Shown here piece after piece: positions 1 to 11,207 of a stretch of 64,000 bases of DNA. This DNA is from Ramazzottius varieornatus (Eukaryota > Animalia > Tardigrada): contig BDGG01000012.1 of assembly GCA_001949185.1 (NCBI GenBank), forward strand, positions 488,973-552,972, read 5' to 3'. A program made the position numbers and the translations under genes. The notes below the pieces were generated by a model, which worked only from the letters and a program-made list of their open reading frames with translations, did not search any database and was not told where the DNA came from. How positions within the stretch are numbered: the stretch's first letter is position 1; the number at the start of each line of letters is the position of its first letter.

Positions 1-215
1 ATCGTGAAGGCTCTTGAACTGTCCGACAACCTAAATTTGACTAAAGTGTCGCTTTACTACTCCGTGGAAGTCATTCGCACACAGTGTATCACATCAAACA
101 GTGGGATGTAAAACTGCAATTTTCACATTCAATAAGAACTGTGGTGTTTGTCCGTCATAGGTCGAGCGAATTCTACGGCAATTATTGAAACATTTCTGTC
201 TAAGGAAATGTTCGT

Positions 216-1180
216 TTATGGCGGAGAAGGTGCTGAAGGTTGTACTCTGAACGAAAGGAAAAGTTTCACAGTTCCGTAAACGATAAGACACCCTAATGCC
301 GTACCTCCGACCGCCAACAGGTAAGGTTTCAGGAAGACGGACAGCGAAGGGTTTCGATAGATGATAATGACGTTATCGTTCTTGTTCAGTTTGGCCTTCT
401 CCGTAGCGAAGTGCTCGAGCTGGAGCTCCGTCTGGGTCTCCATATCGATCCGAAGGTTGGCTATTTCCTCGTCCAAATCTGGTAACGAAAACAGGATCCT
501 TTCCGCGTGAAACTCTTCCAGAATCATGTCCGTCGTTTGTGCAGCAACCTGCAAGAAAACATCTCATGTAAAATATTGAAACCGCCATCCCGAATGCTAT
601 CAAACAAAACGCAGCTGCCTCTCGTGAACATGCATACAACGAGCCATGTACCGCACAAACACGCATCAGTATGCAGGTAGATGAACAAGCCATCCGTCAA
701 AAACCGACATACAATGAGCCATATATCGCAGAGCTACGTTAGTATGCAGGTACATGAAATTGCCCTTACGTCTTGAGCAGTGATGGAAGTCGATTCCGTC
801 TGACACGACACTACTTCTCTCCTGACTTGTCGATGAAGTAGCTCGCGCATCACATTTTCCATGAAAAGCATGTTGCTTTCCAAGCATCTTTGGAAAGCGT
901 CAACTTGTTCCTGAGTCTTGAGATCAGCTGTGTTGGGCACAGGAAACATCTCGCCGTTCATACGACTTAACCCCACAGCGCCGTCACTCATCATTCCGTT
1001 CAGGTTGCCTTCCAGATGCCGTACGCGCGTCACGCAGTCTCGCTGGAGGTCTTGAATGTTCTGAAGACGTTTCGTGATTTCGGGATCACTGATGGACGTC
1101 CGGACAGACTCGCTATTTGGCTTCAGGGATGCATCCACTTGTGTGTCACCTCCGGTGTCTCCATGATGCTCAACTGACAT
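216..1180 (-). CDS. Unknown ~247-aa protein with predicted coiled coil and C-terminal transmembrane helix (tail-anchored type); 2 exons (1180-770, 548-216)
   Basis: Two ORFs join in phase 0 via GAC|GTAAGG and TTGCAG|GTT. Hydrophobic C-terminus YLLAVGGTALGCLIVYGTVKLF. No family recognised. Confidence 0.6.
633..758. repeat. Degenerate direct repeat, 2 x ~52 bp, intronic
   Basis: 633-685 CATACAACGAGCCATGTACCGCA...AGTATGCAGGTAGATGAA versus 708-758 CATACAATGAGCCATATATCGCA...AGTATGCAGGTACATGAA. Confidence 0.7.
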
Positions 1181-1985
1181 CTCGGACGATTGTTGATGCG
1201 TCGCAGTCCGAGTATTCCCCTGTCAATCAATTCAGCGTCTGGAAGAAACAGTTTCAAATAAGAAACACGGGACAAGGACCGCACGGAGCAGAACAATGGG
1301 GAAAAAGAGCTCTGCGATAGAAAACAAAAAACTTAAATTGATTTCCGCGAGAACCAGTTGATTGAAACCAAGACTTGATTTCATGACGCTGGAATCTCGA
1401 TGGCTGATGGCTGAGGCCGCTGAGCCATCTAGAGTCAAGGGCGGACTGCGCCGCTGCGGCAAGAACTCGGAGCTCTCTCGAATTCGATGAGGATAAACGA
1501 CTGATGAATCTTAAAGTCAGAAATGCTCTGTGCGGCATCGGTAGCATAGTACCACCTAACCAAGACGGAGGTCCAAAACAAGCCGACCAACATTAAAGGT
1601 ATATAAACGTGGTACTACACGACCATTACCTAGGAGGAACTGAGGTCCTCAGACCGCCAGACGATACTCTGCAGTTTGCACTAATTGAAACGCACTAATT
1701 GATTTGTGACCATGCACAACTAGTGGACCTATCCCAGATTTCTGCACAGCCCTCCGCGATCGACTTGTAAGATAGAAGAGTGTAGAAGATACAACCCAAA
1801 ACTGCAAACGTGCTGACTATGCATATCGCGCACCCCTGGACGGTGAAGAGCTTCTAAACAAATTTTTATAGCGATATTCGACTCGAAAGCGCGCACAGGC
1901 TAAAATTTTTCCGGGAACCCACTGTACCTGGTGTACCGGACATCAACTCACAGCTCTGTTCCAACTAAAACAGTATTACTAGTGG

Positions 1986-3281
1986 CTATTTCAGAAGCGC
2001 CCATTTGCTGCAAGTGAAGTCCACAGTGAGATCTTTTCTGACACTTGCCCATAAAACAGCTTTGTGAACGGACGTTGCCACTCTTCCAATCCTCAGCACG
2101 TCATCCAGCGGTATCGGTGAATCCTCTTCGAAGATCTTGACGATGCAGATGGAATGGTTCACATGGACATCCCCTTTAAACTATGCATCTTAGCTTCGGT
2201 TTAAGATGACAATAACAACGACAACTGGATACAAAGTAGTGAATTGCGTACCTTCGTACAGCAAGAGGTCTCCGCCGTACTTCGAGCCACTAGTCAGCCA
2301 GAAACCCGCTTCCATCAAAGCAGAGTACGCCGCATAGTACACTCGTTCTTCGTGCGTAGTAGGATACTCGAATGATATCTCCGGAAGGCTGCAAAGTCCC
2401 ATCTCCACTCTCCAGGAACGGAATGGCGATTCAACACGAACAGAAGTGATGGACTCTAGTTGACGCTGAACGGTCTCCTGTCGGATCTTTTGCCATAGCG
2501 CGTCTTCATCCTCTGATGAACCTTCATCTTTTGAGCTAGCGGAAGACTGCGTCCTTTTCTTCTTTGTAGCCAGGATCTGGTCCTTTCGTTGGTCGATCTG
2601 AGCAATCCTTTCGATCTCGGACTTCCGTAGCTGTAATGCACAAATGCATACGGTATTACATCACAACATGACTTGTCAGCCCTACATGACGAGATAACCA
2701 CGACAGATAGACACAATTATATACTTGACGAAGGTACTTACGTTCTCGCATATCTCTTGCTTTCTTCTCTCCGCAAACCCTGCTTCCTGTTCGGGAGTGG
2801 GTAAGGTGGCTAGTATAGACTCATCTAAAAAGACGGCCAACTGTCTGTCTCGTAGATAAGCTGCTTCCGCTGGATGAATTCGATAAGGAAGGGACATGAA
2901 GATATTTTGGAGGGGAGTCTTCGGGTAACATCCAACGGGATTTCCCATTATGCGATAGGTACGCTGCATTAATATCGCATCTAAAACACAAACAAAACGA
3001 TATTTAGACTTGTCATCATCCGAAGGAGGCCGGACAATACATGCACGGAAATGTAAAAGAAATCAGACTCACCAACCATCAGCGTCCCAGACGTGGAGAG
3101 TTCCTGTAACTCCAACGTGTACCGTTATCTGCCGAGCGGGGGCCTCGCTATTCGGTCCAGCTGCAGACTGATAGGCTTCTTCTCCTCCCTGTTCTTCGCC
3201 ATCATCCTTCTTCTGCCGCTTGATGAATCCATGCACAGGAGGAAAAACGCCTTCGTCCTGCTTCGAGTTTTCGCTTTCCAT
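1986..3281 (-). CDS. TSEN34: tRNA-splicing endonuclease subunit Sen34 (multi-exon)
   Basis: Sen34-type N-terminal block GNPVGCYPKTPLQNIFMSLPYRIHPAEA. Catalytic region GSKYGGDLLLYE-GDVHVNHS...GRVATSVHKA carries the Tyr/His/Lys triad. Stop TAG at 1988-1986. Confidence 0.88.
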
Positions 3282-4034
3282 ATTTCCAGATGCTGTATGC
3301 AGAGTGCCAGGACAGGTCTGCAGGGCCTGCCCCCAAACAGAGACTGGAGTCTCGACTCTCGAGCAGAACAAAAGAAAGCACGATTCAATCTGTTATCTGC
3401 GTCAGCGAAAGATGGCTAACCGCAAGGGTGAAAGGTCCGAAGTGCGAAATTGTAACTCTGCAAGCGAAGCCAAGCGTACATGGGCTAATCTATCGGACTG
3501 TGAATAATTCAAAACACGGAATAAATGCCGTGCCCGCCACGCTTTTTTCAAAGCTCTCACCCGTGACTTTTGTTGGGGGAGGTTGATTAGTTGATTAGCT
3601 CAATTGTCCAACTAGGGTCAACTAGCACGGAATGGAGAATGCGACTCGGGGGACTCTGGGTGCTGAGGGCTCGTCGGCGACTTCCGCATATAGCCGACTT
3701 CAAAATTTTCCGACGTTCGCGAACTCCCAGTCGGAGAAAATTCCTTCAGCAGTTTCCCAACAGGATCTCTTGCATCCTTGTGGATTTCCCTTCAAGATCC
3801 TAAGGTAAGCGAGAACGAACACTTGACCCTGGGATACGTGAATGCTCGTAGCGTGGAACTGGACGACAAGTGTTCTTTCAAGTTTCAACTTCTGCGAGCT
3901 CGATTCTGCATGACTGAACTTATCGTAGCTGTTTGTTGTTGTCGATCTCGCTGTGGAAGAATTCTGGAGCACTGGAGCAAGACCCAAGACTGAGAAAAGT
4001 ATCACGCTCGAGTTGTTTGTCTGTTACAGGTAAA

Positions 4035-5068
4035 ATGAGTTTCTCCAAGACCGTTGAGATTGGTCGCGTCGTTCACATCGCGAAAGGGAAAGATGCCGGA
4101 CAACTTGCTGCCATCGTCGATGTCATCGATGCTAACCGAGTAAGTCGACTTCCTGCTTGTTAGTTTCTCGAGGTTGACCATGATGATCCAAATTGTGATA
4201 GGAAATGCCGTCTTAAAAGAGAATGTAGACCCATTCGCACTGAGATCGCTTTGAAGAAGATTCGTGTTTGTTAGCATTGATTGTTCACACTGTTTAATCA
4301 TTGATTTGTTGGTTACAGGCTTTGATTGATGGACCCAAGATTCGTCGCCAGGTCGTCTCCTTTCAGCAGCTTCATCTCACAAAATACCTAACCAAGTTCC
4401 AGCATTCCGCTGGACGTAAGACTGTACTAAAGGCCTGGGACGAGGCCAAGATCGAGGATCAATGGAAAAACTCCAACTGGGCCAAGAAACTTGACCGACA
4501 AGAAAGAGTAAGTTGGTAACTCGATTGACTTCACCAGCCGACTTGACTTGGACTGTTCTTCAGTATATCCGGCGCACTTTAGAATATTGACTGCTGTTAA
4601 AGTACCGACGACGGCCGAGTATCGGAGTTTATGATGATCCAAATTGTGATAGGAAATGCCGTCTGAAAAGTCATGCTGACCAGTTCGCACTGAAAACTCC
4701 GAGCTCACACATTTTCATTCTCATCGAGCACATTCTTGGAACTTGAATGTAACACCACTAACGCCTTCTGTTATTTTTGCAGAGAAAGAATATGACAGAT
4801 TTTGATCGCTACAAGCTTATGCGAGCGAAGCAAGCGGTAAGTCTCAGTTTATTTTCGACTAACTGTCGAAGCTTCTTTTTTTGGGTGTTTGTCTGTTACT
4901 GATGATATGGATTTTGGTTTGCAGAGGAACAAAATAGTAAAGCTGGAACTCGGGAAACTCAAACGCCTTTCCAACAGCAAAACCGCCAAGAAGCCCACAA
5001 CAGCAAAGGGTAAAAAAGACGTCCAATCCAAGAAGCCCGCAAAGGAAGCTAAACCAGCGAAGAAGTAA
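4035..5068 (+). CDS. RPL14: 60S ribosomal protein eL14; coding exons 4035-4139, 4319-4507, 4783-4836, 4925-5068
   Basis: MSFSKTVEIGRVV...AAIVDVIDANR|ALIDGP...WAKKL...MTDFDRYKLM with a Lys-rich tail. All junctions are GT-AG and in frame. A 5'-UTR intron (~3804-4029) follows a pyrimidine-rich, TOP-like start. Confidence 0.97.
4175..4248 (+). ncRNA. Box C/D snoRNA, U49/SNORD49-like, copy 1 (RPL14 intron)
   Basis: Box C ATGATGA at 4180-4186 and box D CTGA at 4240-4243. Guide TGATAGGAAATGCCGT is complementary to the conserved LSU rRNA segment CGGCUCUUCCUAUCA (9 bp plus 4 bp). Near-identical to copy 2. Confidence 0.8.
4622..4702 (+). ncRNA. Box C/D snoRNA, U49/SNORD49-like, copy 2 (RPL14 intron)
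   Basis: Box C 4631-4637, D' CTGA 4663-4666, D CTGA 4690-4693. Perfect 9-bp terminal stem TCGGAGTTT/AAACTCCGA. Same guide as copy 1. Confidence 0.87.
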
Positions 5069-5235
5069 ATATATATATGTTTGTGTTTTGTTCGACTTCA
5101 CGTTTTGAAATTGTGCTTCAGCTGGTTAGACTTCTTTCTTGTCATATCCAAAACATCTTGTTCTCCGGTAACTGAAAGAAAGCTGATTTCCTAACAGTTG
5201 ACGTTGATGATTACCTGCACCGTAAAAGCGCAATT

Positions 5236-6650
5236 TCAACCGTCAGGACGATGCTCATAGTAAAAGCAATTCCATTTTTCTACCGTGATTAGTCGACTAG
5301 CCATAATGAAGTTGCTACCAGCTGCAGTGTCGACGGCGGTAAAGTTGTAGACCTGAACTTCAGTGATGGATGGTGTCGTGGTCAGCGTGGAGGGTACTTG
5401 GAAGGTGCCACCTTGTTGTGCTTCCACGTAGGTGTTCGTGTCTCCGTTGGTGCTGCTTACCAGATCGGGGTCGTTCCAGACGACAGTTGTGGAGCTGACG
5501 GTCGATATTGCCGGTCCAGGAGGTGACGGTGATATCTAGACGATAGGAAAACTTGTCCCATCACGGTCCTCACAGACCTGGGAAATACTTCTGCAGACTG
5601 AAGTTCCCTGTTTTACTCGCGCAAAGCTTGGGTTTCTCCTGTGCCAACCTTTTTCCTTTACAGGCCTTGAGCCACTTTACATACCTTGTAAACTGCTTCC
5701 GGAATCTGTGCGCCTGCTCCGAAGTCATTGCAAACTGTGAAGGAAGCTGGGCCTGTAATCCGCAGCTGGCACGTCTTGATGACGAACTAGAGGAACAAGA
5801 AATGAACATGCACCCACTGACCGAGAGTTTTTTGTCGATTTTAGAGACGCATAAGATTCTGTTTGGTTCTGTCAATATCGTTTTTCCATTTGTAATGCCT
5901 TACGGTTATGTTTATCGGGTTCGACAGGAAGTTGGTGAAGGTATCCTGTGCAACAACGGAGATGACTTGAATTGTTTCGAACGGCGGACGCTGACTTGTT
6001 GTCTGAAACCTGCCACTGCCATCGTCTGCCGGTGCGATGTAGTTCGGACTAAAGTCTCCGTTGCTGCTTTGGATTACGGTGAGGAACCATTTGTATTGAC
6101 TCGCAATGAGAGTAGGAAGCGGCGTAACCTGGTGAAACTTAAATGTTGGTATTGTACAGCTAGCTTTGAGGTTTCGGTCATCTATGAGAAACGTTACCCG
6201 GAGCTTTGGAGAAGCCACTCCTGTTATGATAGTATTATATGGATAGTTGCAGGGAATGGTAACTTGGACGATGCCCACATCGTTGATCAAGGTGGGTACT
6301 ACGCTAACCTCGTTGAAAGTGAACGGATTACACTGACCGTACGAGTTCATCCCGAATGCGTAAGGAGGGTCACCAGGTATACAGAGGGAGTGCGCGACGA
6401 CGTCACGGTGTTCTTCCCAAACGTTGAAAATGTTATTACTGGCGCAGAATGAGGTCCAGTAATCGCAGTTTGTGACATCCCAGCTGGCTTGGCGGACAGG
6501 TTGGTTCGGACAAGGCGGACGAGCAATGTAGCGGGCGTAGGCAGGTCGACTGGGCGTGGCAGGAGCTGGAGGATTCACTATGGCGGAAGTGACGATGGAC
6601 ACGCACAGGCACAGCAAAAGTAAACGAACGCCAAATATGATTCGTCGCAT
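5236..6650 (-). CDS. Orphan secreted Cys-containing beta-rich protein, ~382 aa; exons 6650-5904, 5786-5685, 5535-5236
   Basis: Signal peptide MRRIIFGVRLLLLCLCVSIVTSA. Three exons join in phase 0 at canonical sites. The last exon weakly resembles HYR/Ig-like modules (VVWNDP...YNFTAVD). Confidence 0.7.
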
Positions 6651-7232
6651 TTGGAAATGATTTTCTTCAAAGTTACAGTAAACGTGATGCGTCTTTTCTT
6701 AACAATAGTGACCATGATTGTAAGTCCGTTTTGAGCTGTCGGTCATATGAAAAATCGTGGTGCGTGGTGTCGACCGTCTTGCCCCGTGGCTCTTGAATCG
6801 TATTTTCGTTACCATATGGCACACTTGATCCGCTGGCACTGAAATCTGTTAGTGCTGAATAGTGTGAGAGCTTCCTTGAAAATTTCTGCTGGTACGTACT
6901 GATGAAAGCCTCTGCTTTGAACATAGATGACGTACTTTCAAGGTGGCCAATACAAGATACGACAGACCATGGCTAATCAAAAGGTACCCAAAGCGCTAGC
7001 TGGACTTCGGCCTTACGATAAGTCGGCGGTAAGCTTATCGCCCTACACCGCCAGTTCAATTATCCGAAGGGTCGCTGTCACGAGGGAGACTCTACGATCA
7101 CACCAACGAGAAATTAAGAGGCAACATCGGAAGAAATTATGAAAGTTTCTGACAGGCTTTACTTCCTTGTTTAGGCTTTGTTATATTCCAACTTTCGCGT
7201 GATTGACCGACGGAAAAGCAGCCCCAAACGGG

Positions 7233-7802
7233 ATGGGACCCGTTTATATTATTCAAATGGGTGGAACTATCGATAAAGCCTACCCAAAAAGTACCGGCGG
7301 CTATACCTTTGAGATCTGCAAGCCAGCTGCCAGCCGCATTCTGCAGCGCGGGAACGTATCTCCGCCATCTTGCGATGTCCGGGTCGAAGAATGCATCCGG
7401 AAAGACAGTCAGGACATCACCGACCAAGATCGGCGTGAACTTTGGGAATTATGTTATTATCACCACAGCGCGCATCTGCCCAGTACCGACCATAGCATTA
7501 ATGACAGCGTATCGCGTTTTATCATCACCCATGGTACAGATACCATGATCAAAACCGGCATGTACCTTTCTGGTCGTCTTTCAGCACAGCAGTCGAGGAT
7601 GATAATTGTCCTGGTTGGCTCTAAACTGCCGGAAACCTTCAAGGATTCCGACGCGGATTTTAATTTGGGTGTAGCGTTGGGTGCAGTCCAGTCGATGGGC
7701 GAGGATCGAACTGGTGTTTACATCGCAATGAACGGTGCGGTCCTTCCGGCACATCATGCATCCAGAAACGAGGCTGACGGATCATTTTTCTTTCAGGATT
7801 GA
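7233..7802 (+). CDS. Short single-domain L-asparaginase (bacterial short type), intronless CDS
   Basis: Motifs GGTIDK, RKDSQDITDQDR, ITHGTDTM, SDADFNLG and GVYIAMNG. No C-terminal domain. Start placed at the first ATG. Confidence 0.88.
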   Translation: MGPVYIIQMGGTIDKAYPKSTGGYTFEICKPAASRILQRGNVSPPSCDVRVEECIRKDSQDITDQDRRELWELCYYHHSAHLPSTDHSINDSVSRFIITHGTDTMIKTGMYLSGRLSAQQSRMIIVLVGSKLPETFKDSDADFNLGVALGAVQSMGEDRTGVYIAMNGAVLPAHHASRNEADGSFFFQD

Positions 7803-7986
7803 AGATCTAGTAACAATAGCGACTCTATTTGTTCAAACAGAGCATACATTTTCCGGAAGTGACAACAAAAGATTGAGTATTAGAAATCAAGTAGGCAAAT
7901 ATACTTCACATCAGTAAGACTAAGATACGTTTCCAGGAAGCTAGAAGGAAAGAACTTAACATGGTTTCTGCCATGAAACACAGAAA

Positions 7987-10411
7987 TCAATGAGCCTTGA
8001 CGCAGTTATGGTTTCTGGTCTTCACAACACATAATACAAACTTCCGACATGCGGTACCACAACTCTTCCTCACGGAGACGTCCTCTGATTTCCAGTAATA
8101 CCTACAGAGAAAAAAAGCGGCCCTCGGTCGGGTATCTCCAGGTTCAATGCACGAGATCAAGACAGGTCCGAGCAAGTCTGACTTACTGCCAGAATTTTTG
8201 GAACTTGGCGTCGTCAGTTTCCAGCTCGTCCATTAACCTGTCCCAGTCAGACGGAAGTAACTGCTCAAGGCCAAAGGCTTCTTTGGCGGAGTACTCGCGG
8301 TACCATTTGGGCGGTGTCCCGCTCTCGTTAGCTTCTGTCAAGTTAGCCACGAAGGTTTCATGGTCCAGAGGCACCTACAAGGCACAGTCAACAGTGCCGA
8401 CTACATCGGGCAAGAGCCAAATTTTGTTAGTTGTACAAATGGCCGAGATACCCATTCGGATTCTTCATAGTTTCCATCGATGGTGTATATCCTGTAGCCC
8501 GGATTGAATCCTTGATAGGGAGTCACACTTGGACCCAGGTAAGACACACTGGTTGGATGGCCATCATCTGGGTCGTAGTAAAGGTGCAGCGAGTCGAAGT
8601 GCTCGTGACCGTAGAACTGCCCTCTAATCGTATCCTCGTACCTGCCACGTATATGACATAACCATCAGTTCGGACTGTACTGTGAAGACCATAATCATGA
8701 GAGGATTATCAGGAATATTCAAGATTTACCGGGTGACTATTTTGTAAAAATTTCGACTCCACGTCCTCATGCAGTCACCGCTTCCTACAGCAGGAAATTA
8801 AACCGGTAAAACATTGAGCCCACTGAGCGGAATAGGTTATACGGTAATCAATGTGGTACCTGGTGGAATGTGGCCAATAAGGTGGACTTTGATCCCTCGG
8901 TTTTCCGCGTCCTGAAGTTCGCTGATCAGCCATTGAAGCTCGTTATCCGGGTCCGTCATGTTGACCAACAGCCACCAGTTCATGTTGTTACAGTAGTTTG
9001 TGTTTAGAGATATGATACGTAGACCGGGAAAGACATCGACTCGGTAGAATCCTCCACTGGGACACAAAACTAACATCAACCACAAAGTGATTACCAACAA
9101 GGAAGGAGGCGAAGTTTACCTTGCTACTGTTTTCAAGGACTCCGCTGGCAGCCATTGGTTCCACGTCGTGGCTAATGCATCGTAGAGCCACTTGATCGAG
9201 TTAGAATCGTTGATATATCGAGGTGGGAAGCTATCCACTGGGACACTTTCGTGGTTTCCCAGCGCAGGGAAGACTGGTGTCTTTGGGAAGAACGTACGAA
9301 GATATTTCGTCGTCATCTTGAGAATGATCAGCTGCATCTGCTTGGTCTGGTTCCACACATCGTGCGGAGGTAAATCTCCGGTCCACAGAATGTAATCGAC
9401 CTATGCACCAACGAAAAAGGCAACGATTAAGGATACATGCAAAGTCGGTTGACGTCGTAACTGGACGAACTCTTTCCGGTCCCCTACTGGGCGTGGCTCT
9501 GACCAGTGCCCATTTTAGCCTCTGTAACTGCTGCGCAGTGTATTCGTGGCCTTATACTAAGCTCCTTTTTGGCGGCAATGGACAGTTCGTCGTTCAGTAG
9601 AGAGTTCGTAAATGCATACCTGTTCGGTCTTTGAAATATGGTTGAACATATTTTCCATCAAGCGAACAGGTGAATCGCAGTTCCGACTGTCTCCCCAATG
9701 TCCAGCAGGCTTTCCAACTAGACAAAAGAAGTGTAATATTTTTGCCTGCGCCAACCAAGGTATCGTTCATGTATTCTTACCAGGAGGTCCATTTTCCCGT
9801 CGACAGCAAAGCGGGTCGCCGCATTCCGCGTTGGTGCCTTCCTGGTAGAACATATCGAAATGTAAATCCGACAGGTGTAATACTCTCAGCTTGGGAGCAT
9901 CTGGTGGAGGTGGGCGTATGTCTTGGGAAGGCGGCTTGGGGATATCGGGAAGCTGGACGGACCACTGCGTCCCCGGTGGGTCCGCTGCACACTGTGATCC
10001 AGTGATGAAGTTACATATCTCGGCCGGAGAGTACGGCACATTCTGCAGAACATAGAACGTCTCAGCGCGGAACTCTTGCAGGATACCCCGACACACGACG
10101 CGAGGCTGAATCTCCAGGTCCACGCAGATGTTCTCGATAATCTGGCCGATCTTCTCGGGAGGGATGTGGAGCTTGAGGAGGGTTTGTAGCGTGGCGAAGC
10201 CAAACTTGCAGGACTCACAGGTGATCCTCTGGCTGATGTTCCATTTCGAATAACCCCAATGTACTTTCATCTTGGCCACGTTCTCGATCATGCTGAAGGT
10301 GGCGGGACTGAAAGGGGAGAAGTGGTTGAGCAGGGAGGCCATGTTGACGGGAATACATTGTGCCACGCCCAACATGAGGAAGAACATCCCGAAACTCATC
10401 CGCCAGTCCAT
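7987..10411 (-). CDS. SMPD1: Acid sphingomyelinase (saposin-B plus metallophosphoesterase), multi-exon
   Basis: Signal peptide, saposin Cys pattern (CESC...ICVDL...VCRG...ICNF), [49 protein letters not shown]. Confidence 0.95.
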
Positions 10412-11207
10412 CTTTCGGTTCGCCCACACTCCCCGAAGATGCAGCAATATTTTGTCAAGTCCCAGGGGAATAACCGCACCTTTTCTTCACATATCCGCCG
10501 ATAGCAGGAGAAAAATTTGCAAAACGTGGCGGATGAGCTCTGTAAGCTACCAAAGATCGAAGTGTCTATGTGGTTTTCAGCTACAGCACTTACAAGCGTG
10601 CTCTAATCAGGCTATCAAAATTGAAAGTGAACTATATTGTTTGACGAAAGAACAAGAGATCCACATGTGACATTGCTCTATTTACCTTGATGGTACAACG
10701 CGCTACTTGACAGAAGCTTCGTCTTCACGCATGGACAGACGTTTTGGCCGATAAACGTCGCTTCAAAGTCCGATCAAGCGCAAAGTCTGCAAACCATGTG
10801 GACCAAGCCGTTGTCCGAGCAGTGTGGTGATCGGGGTATAACGTGGACGGGCCTACAGTGAGTGAAGTAAACAGGTCAATTTTCCAGCAACATCGAAGTT
10901 CACAAAACGAATCTTTATGGAAGAAGTCATGTTTTCCCAGAGGATTTCCCAACCGGAAACGACTTCCGGCCCCAGGGCGAAAAGGAAACCGAAATTCAGG
11001 AGTGAAGTGTTCGCGGCACAAACCAGATCCTTATGTTCGATTTTGACTTTTGAGGCGAAAGCTCCTTGGCTCACAAGGGTTTGCGCCTGGCAGAGTTTTC
11101 CAGTTGACCCGTTGACTCTTCTGGATTATAGTTAATTTTCGCTTTTTGTTCCTCTTCCGACGGGCAAAGTCTTCTCATCCTTGCTAATACCTGACTAGGA
11201 ATACACC

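Noticed and set aside
1-111. Open frame on the plus strand ending in TAA at the window edge
   Set aside because: Only 36 codons with no recognisable motif. It may be the tail of an upstream gene but cannot be verified here.
3804-4029. Possible snoRNA in the RPL14 5'-UTR intron (hairpin GAACACTTG/CAAGTGTTC)
   Set aside because: No convincing C/D or H/ACA box set and no recognisable guide.
5553-6452. 299-aa plus-strand ORF
   Set aside because: Antisense shadow of the spliced secreted-protein gene, with a non-ATG start and no motifs.
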